Of a stretch of DNA of 64,000 nt, positions 60,757-64,000 are shown piece after piece. Source of the DNA: Alphaproteobacteria bacterium (GTDB lineage Bacteria; Pseudomonadota; Alphaproteobacteria; Rhodobacterales; Rhodobacteraceae); NCBI GenBank assembly GCA_030425145.1, contig JAUHVK010000010.1:21362-85361 (forward strand). Reading direction: 5' to 3'. The stretch's first letter is position 1, and each line of letters begins with the position of its first letter. The notes beneath the pieces were generated by a model. The model was given only the letters and a program-made list of their open reading frames with translations. It did not search any database and had not been told where the DNA came from. A program made the position numbers and the translations under genes.

Positions 60757-61670
60757 GGTCCGGTCGCCGGTTGGAACTCTGGTCCCTTGTAGTCGTCCGG
60801 GATGTCGAATTGTCCATCGCGGATCAGCATCGCAATCTGATCGATCCGCGCCTTTATATCCGCCGGAACCGCGTCGCCCATGGCCAGTTGAACATACTCG
60901 CCATCTGCAAGCCCGAGCTCGACGATGGAGGATGGGATATGCCCGGCCACCATGTCGTGGATGGCGCGCTCGACGCCAAGGTCAATCCTTGCCATTGCAG
61001 AGGCGACAAAAACCTCCCGGTCCCGGGCCACCCAGTCAAGAGCGTTGCCGATCTGAAGCACCCCAGCCTCACGGCAGGCATCTATTGCCCCCTGTCGTGC
61101 CGCATTCAGCATGGTGAAGATCACGTCGGCACCCGCTTCGATCTCGGCCTCTGCCCAAGCGCGAGACACAGTGTTGTCATCTTGCGTGCCGCAGAACCCG
61201 GTAAGCAGAGTGATCTCCGGGTCAATGTAGGACACGCCAGCTGCAAACGCTGCACGCCCCTTCAAACCGGGGCGCACCCGGTGGCCGGACAAATGCCCGA
61301 CGACACGGGTTTTCGTGATCAGCGCGGCCAAGGCACCCGCCAGAAAGGCGGTCTCCTCTTGTAGGACATCATAGCTCGCAAGGTTCGGCCCTATTCGGTG
61401 GCCCTGAACGATGGCAAAACACTTGTCCGGATGTATTGCTGCAATTTCCGGCGTCGCGACATTGCCTTGCCCACCGATGAAGACAAGGCCGTCACACCCG
61501 TCGATTACCTGATCCAGACGCGCGCGGATCACGTCTTCCTTGTAGGGCACTCCGTCGACCACGCTGATCTGGGCAAGCCCGGCATCCCTGGCCCGCAAAG
61601 CCCCATCGAGCGCGCTGGCATTGAAGCCATCATCATGCACCTCGCCCACAAAAAAGACAGTGATCCGCAT
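60738..61670 (-). CDS. BMP-family (Med/PnrA-like periplasmic-binding-protein fold) protein without signal peptide
   Basis: It is 310 aa from MRITVFFVGEVHDDGF. A GAGG Shine-Dalgarno sequence lies 11 nt upstream and the start is 10 nt after the tctC stop. No hydrophobic or lipobox N-terminus is present. Confidence 0.6.
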   Translation of the reverse strand: MRITVFFVGEVHDDGFNASALDGALRARDAGLAQISVVDGVPYKEDVIRARLDQVIDGCDGLVFIGGQGNVATPEIAAIHPDKCFAIVQGHRIGPNLASYDVLQEETAFLAGALAALITKTRVVGHLSGHRVRPGLKGRAAFAAGVSYIDPEITLLTGFCGTQDDNTVSRAWAEAEIEAGADVIFTMLNAARQGAIDACREAGVLQIGNALDWVARDREVFVASAMARIDLGVERAIHDMVAGHIPSSIVELGLADGEYVQLAMGDAVPADIKARIDQIAMLIRDGQFDIPDDYKGPEFQPATGPCIATA

Positions 61671-61680
61671 ACTGCTTACC

Positions 61681-62655
61681 TCAGTTCGAAATCGCTGTGA
61701 CCAGCGGCTTCCAGGCTTCAAATTGCTCTGCGACAAAGCTCTCGAATTCGGCGCTTGTCTTGGGTTCGCGCAACAATCCCCAGGCGTCGAACTGGGCCAC
61801 CACATCCGTATTGGACATCGCTTTTTGCAGTGCGGCATCAAGCGCCGCCTTGATCTCGTCCGGGACCCCGGCAGGCGCACTCACACCCAGCCAGTTCTCG
61901 GCCACGATGTGATAGCCAAGCTCTGTAAAGGTCGGCGTGTCCGGCAAAGTCGGTAGCCGCGTGGTGGAAGTGACGGCGATCGGAATAGCTGTGCCGTCCT
62001 GGACGGCTGGCAGGTTTTGCGGCACCGCGTCGAAGATCACCGGAACGACACCAGCGAGGAAATCGAGCCGCATTGGGCCTGAGCCTTTGTAAGGGATGTG
62101 AAAGAGACCGGCTTCGGTTTCGCGGTTGAATTGCTCTGCAATGATGTGCCCCCAGGACCCGACACCAGAGCTTCCGTAATCAATGCTACCCGGATCGGCC
62201 TTGGCCTTGTCAAGGAATGTGGCAAAATCGGTTGTCTCAAGGCTGGGGGCCGCGAACAGTCCAAGATGCACGGTGCCGACATAGGTGATGTGATCGAAAT
62301 CCGCGACCGGATCGTATGGTGTGTCCGGAAACCGTGTGGGTGCCACGCTGAACGGCGTGAGGTTCGACAGCATGAAGGTATAACCATCAGGCCCTGCTTC
62401 TTGCAGCGTTCCTGCGGCTACTGTGCCTGCCGCTCCGGGTTTGTTCTCGACCACGAATTGCTGGCCCAGATCAGCGGACAGCTTTTCAGCCAAAAGGCGT
62501 GCCACAAGGTCGCTTGATCCACCCGGCGGAAAGGACACGAGGATCCGAACGGGCTTTTCCGGCCACGCCGCCTGCGCAGCAGGTGCCGTGCCAAGGGTTG
62601 CTGCGGCCGATAAAGAGGCCAGCAAGGCGAAAAAATGTCGTCTGGTGGTCATCAT
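61681..62655 (-). CDS. tctC: Tripartite tricarboxylate transporter substrate-binding protein (Bug family)
   Basis: The Tat-like signal peptide is MMTTRRHFFALLASLSAAATLGTAPAAQA. The Bug-family core shows FPPGGSSD and PYKGSGP. Confidence 0.85.
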   Translation of the reverse strand: MMTTRRHFFALLASLSAAATLGTAPAAQAAWPEKPVRILVSFPPGGSSDLVARLLAEKLSADLGQQFVVENKPGAAGTVAAGTLQEAGPDGYTFMLSNLTPFSVAPTRFPDTPYDPVADFDHITYVGTVHLGLFAAPSLETTDFATFLDKAKADPGSIDYGSSGVGSWGHIIAEQFNRETEAGLFHIPYKGSGPMRLDFLAGVVPVIFDAVPQNLPAVQDGTAIPIAVTSTTRLPTLPDTPTFTELGYHIVAENWLGVSAPAGVPDEIKAALDAALQKAMSNTDVVAQFDAWGLLREPKTSAEFESFVAEQFEAWKPLVTAISN

Positions 62656-62718
62656 CGTCTTCCTTCCATGAGGCATCAAAAACGCTACCAAGCCATCCTG
62701 CGTTCAACTGACGATTAT

Positions 62719-62762
62719 GGAACCATGATTTCCAAAATTGACAAAACGGAAATCTTGGTTTC
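62719..62762. promoter_or_regulatory. Imperfect inverted repeat (13/15) in the tctC-rpiR divergent intergenic region; candidate operator
   Basis: GGAACCATGATTTCC (62719-62733), a 14-nt spacer and GGAAATCTTGGTTTC (62748-62762) form the repeat. It lies 64-107 nt upstream of the tctC start. Confidence 0.35.
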
Positions 62763-62938
62763 GCTCGAAAATTCAGCAACTCCCTGAAGACTTGCACAGA
62801 ATTCACCCCGGAAATGTTCTGAAATCAGCGTTTCATCTGCACTTTTTCTGAATGAAAATGCGAATCGCGCCGACAATCCACATCCGGCAATCCGTCATCC
62901 CTAGTTGCCACTCCGCTGATTTTCGGCAAACTGACACC

Positions 62939-63799
62939 ATGAAATCTCAGTTACAAAAAGACGCGCCGCCGCGCTTTCTCGATCGCATCCGGACTGCGCT
63001 GGCAGAGTTGCAACCGGCAGAGCGGCGTCTGGGAACCTTCCTTCTGGACTTCCCCGGTGACATGGCAAGCTATGACGCGCAGGAACTGGCGCGCCTTTCC
63101 GATGTCTCCAAGGCCACCGTGTCGCGGTTCATCCGCAAGATCGGCTATGACAGCTATGACGCTGCTCGCCGCGCCGTGCGGGATGAAGCCAACTCTGGCT
63201 CGCGGCTCTATATCGGCCACGGCGAACCGGGGGCGATAGAGGATGTCCTTGGCTTCGGGATGCGCGAAGAGATGGAGAACCTCGCCTGGACATTCCAGAG
63301 GATCTCACCGGAAGACCTCGACAGATTGGCAGACAAGATGCTGTCTGCCCGAAAGGTCTGGATCATCGGGCATCGGATCAGCCATTCGTTCGCGATCTAT
63401 CTGCGCTGGCAATTGGTCAAGGTCATCCCAGACGCCGCGGTCATTCCGAAGGATGGCGAGTCCATGGGCGAACACCTCGCAGCGATGACACCGGATGACC
63501 TCGTTCTTGTCTTGGCGCTGCGTCGCCGCATGAGCGGCCTTGATGCGCTGTTGCGCGAGATTGGTGCGATCGGAGCTGTCCGCGCCGTGATCTCGGACGA
63601 CAGTATGGAACTTGATCCCAGCCTTGATTGGCATTTCCGCTGCCGCATCAGCACGGCGACCCCTCAGTTCAATCATGCCGCCGTGTTGGCTCTTTGCCAT
63701 CAGATTGTTGTGCGCACGACGCTGAAGTCCGGTGCCGAGGGACGCACGCGCCTGCGTCGTGTCGACGAGTTCAACGAGCGGCTGGGAGAATACGACTGA
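62939..63799 (+). CDS. MurR/RpiR-family transcriptional regulator (HTH plus SIS domain)
   Basis: The helix-turn-helix segment is ELARLSDVSKATVSRFIRKIGY. A C-terminal SIS-like domain is present. It is 286 aa from the ATG at 62939. Confidence 0.85.
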   Translation: MKSQLQKDAPPRFLDRIRTALAELQPAERRLGTFLLDFPGDMASYDAQELARLSDVSKATVSRFIRKIGYDSYDAARRAVRDEANSGSRLYIGHGEPGAIEDVLGFGMREEMENLAWTFQRISPEDLDRLADKMLSARKVWIIGHRISHSFAIYLRWQLVKVIPDAAVIPKDGESMGEHLAAMTPDDLVLVLALRRRMSGLDALLREIGAIGAVRAVISDDSMELDPSLDWHFRCRISTATPQFNHAAVLALCHQIVVRTTLKSGAEGRTRLRRVDEFNERLGEYD

Positions 63800-63918
63800 C
63801 TTCTTGAACAAGGTGGATTTGGTCCGAGTGCTCCGCCGGCACCGAAACGCATCGGGATGACATCGCTCGCCATTCTCTAGGACTTCCATGGGAGCCGCCG
63901 CATGTCATTGGTGCTTCG

Positions 63919-64000
63919 GTGCCGCTCTGGCCATTCCTGTTTTTGATGTTCCTGCTTGGCGCATGTAACATGGGTGATGTCCCGGACCGCAGCAGCGTGC
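63919..64000 (+). CDS. Possible lipoprotein, 5' fragment (runs off the window)
   Basis: The GTG at 63919 opens a frame encoding MPLWPFLFLMFLLGAC, which contains the lipobox LLGAC. Only 27 codons are visible. Confidence 0.25.
   Translation, partial: MPLWPFLFLMFLLGACNMGDVPDRSSV

Overview
This 64 kb window looks like a gene-dense, roughly 60% G+C stretch of alphaproteobacterial chromosome. The Rhodobacteraceae/roseobacter assignment is inferred only from gene content and synteny. I support about 68 protein-coding genes and one tRNA-Gln(UUG), with no rRNA, CRISPR array, transposase, integrase, prophage or recognisable defence genes. Most content is core metabolism and housekeeping: pckA, the chvI-chvG-hprK-rapZ-EIIA-HPr locus, hbd, etfBA, parC, pyk, rpmI-rplT, ald plus an Lrp regulator, metG and modABC. 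Also present are a tctCBA transporter operon and c-di-GMP signalling genes. I do not see a clear-cut novel multi-gene system, and no claim here rests on a database search. The most unusual stretches are these. (1) A 1.2 kb ORF-poor, lower-GC tract lies directly 3' of tRNA-Gln and is packed with short repeats, including GTAAACAT phased at 11 bp and three copies of CATGCATG. (2) An orphan imuA-like gene sits behind a perfect alphaproteobacterial LexA box, and its 3' tail carries a hexanucleotide microsatellite and two perfect hairpins. (3) An H-NOX-like protein with no YxSxR heme motif is coupled to a GGDEF cyclase. (4) A secreted EF-hand protein sits next to an ECF sigma, a putative anti-sigma and a periplasmic helical protein. 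(5) A translationally coupled DUF898-M48 peptidase pair has an unresolved start codon next to parC. (6) A signal-peptide-less BMP-family protein is inserted in the tct operon. Start codons were re-picked by eye from the ORF track and remain provisional.
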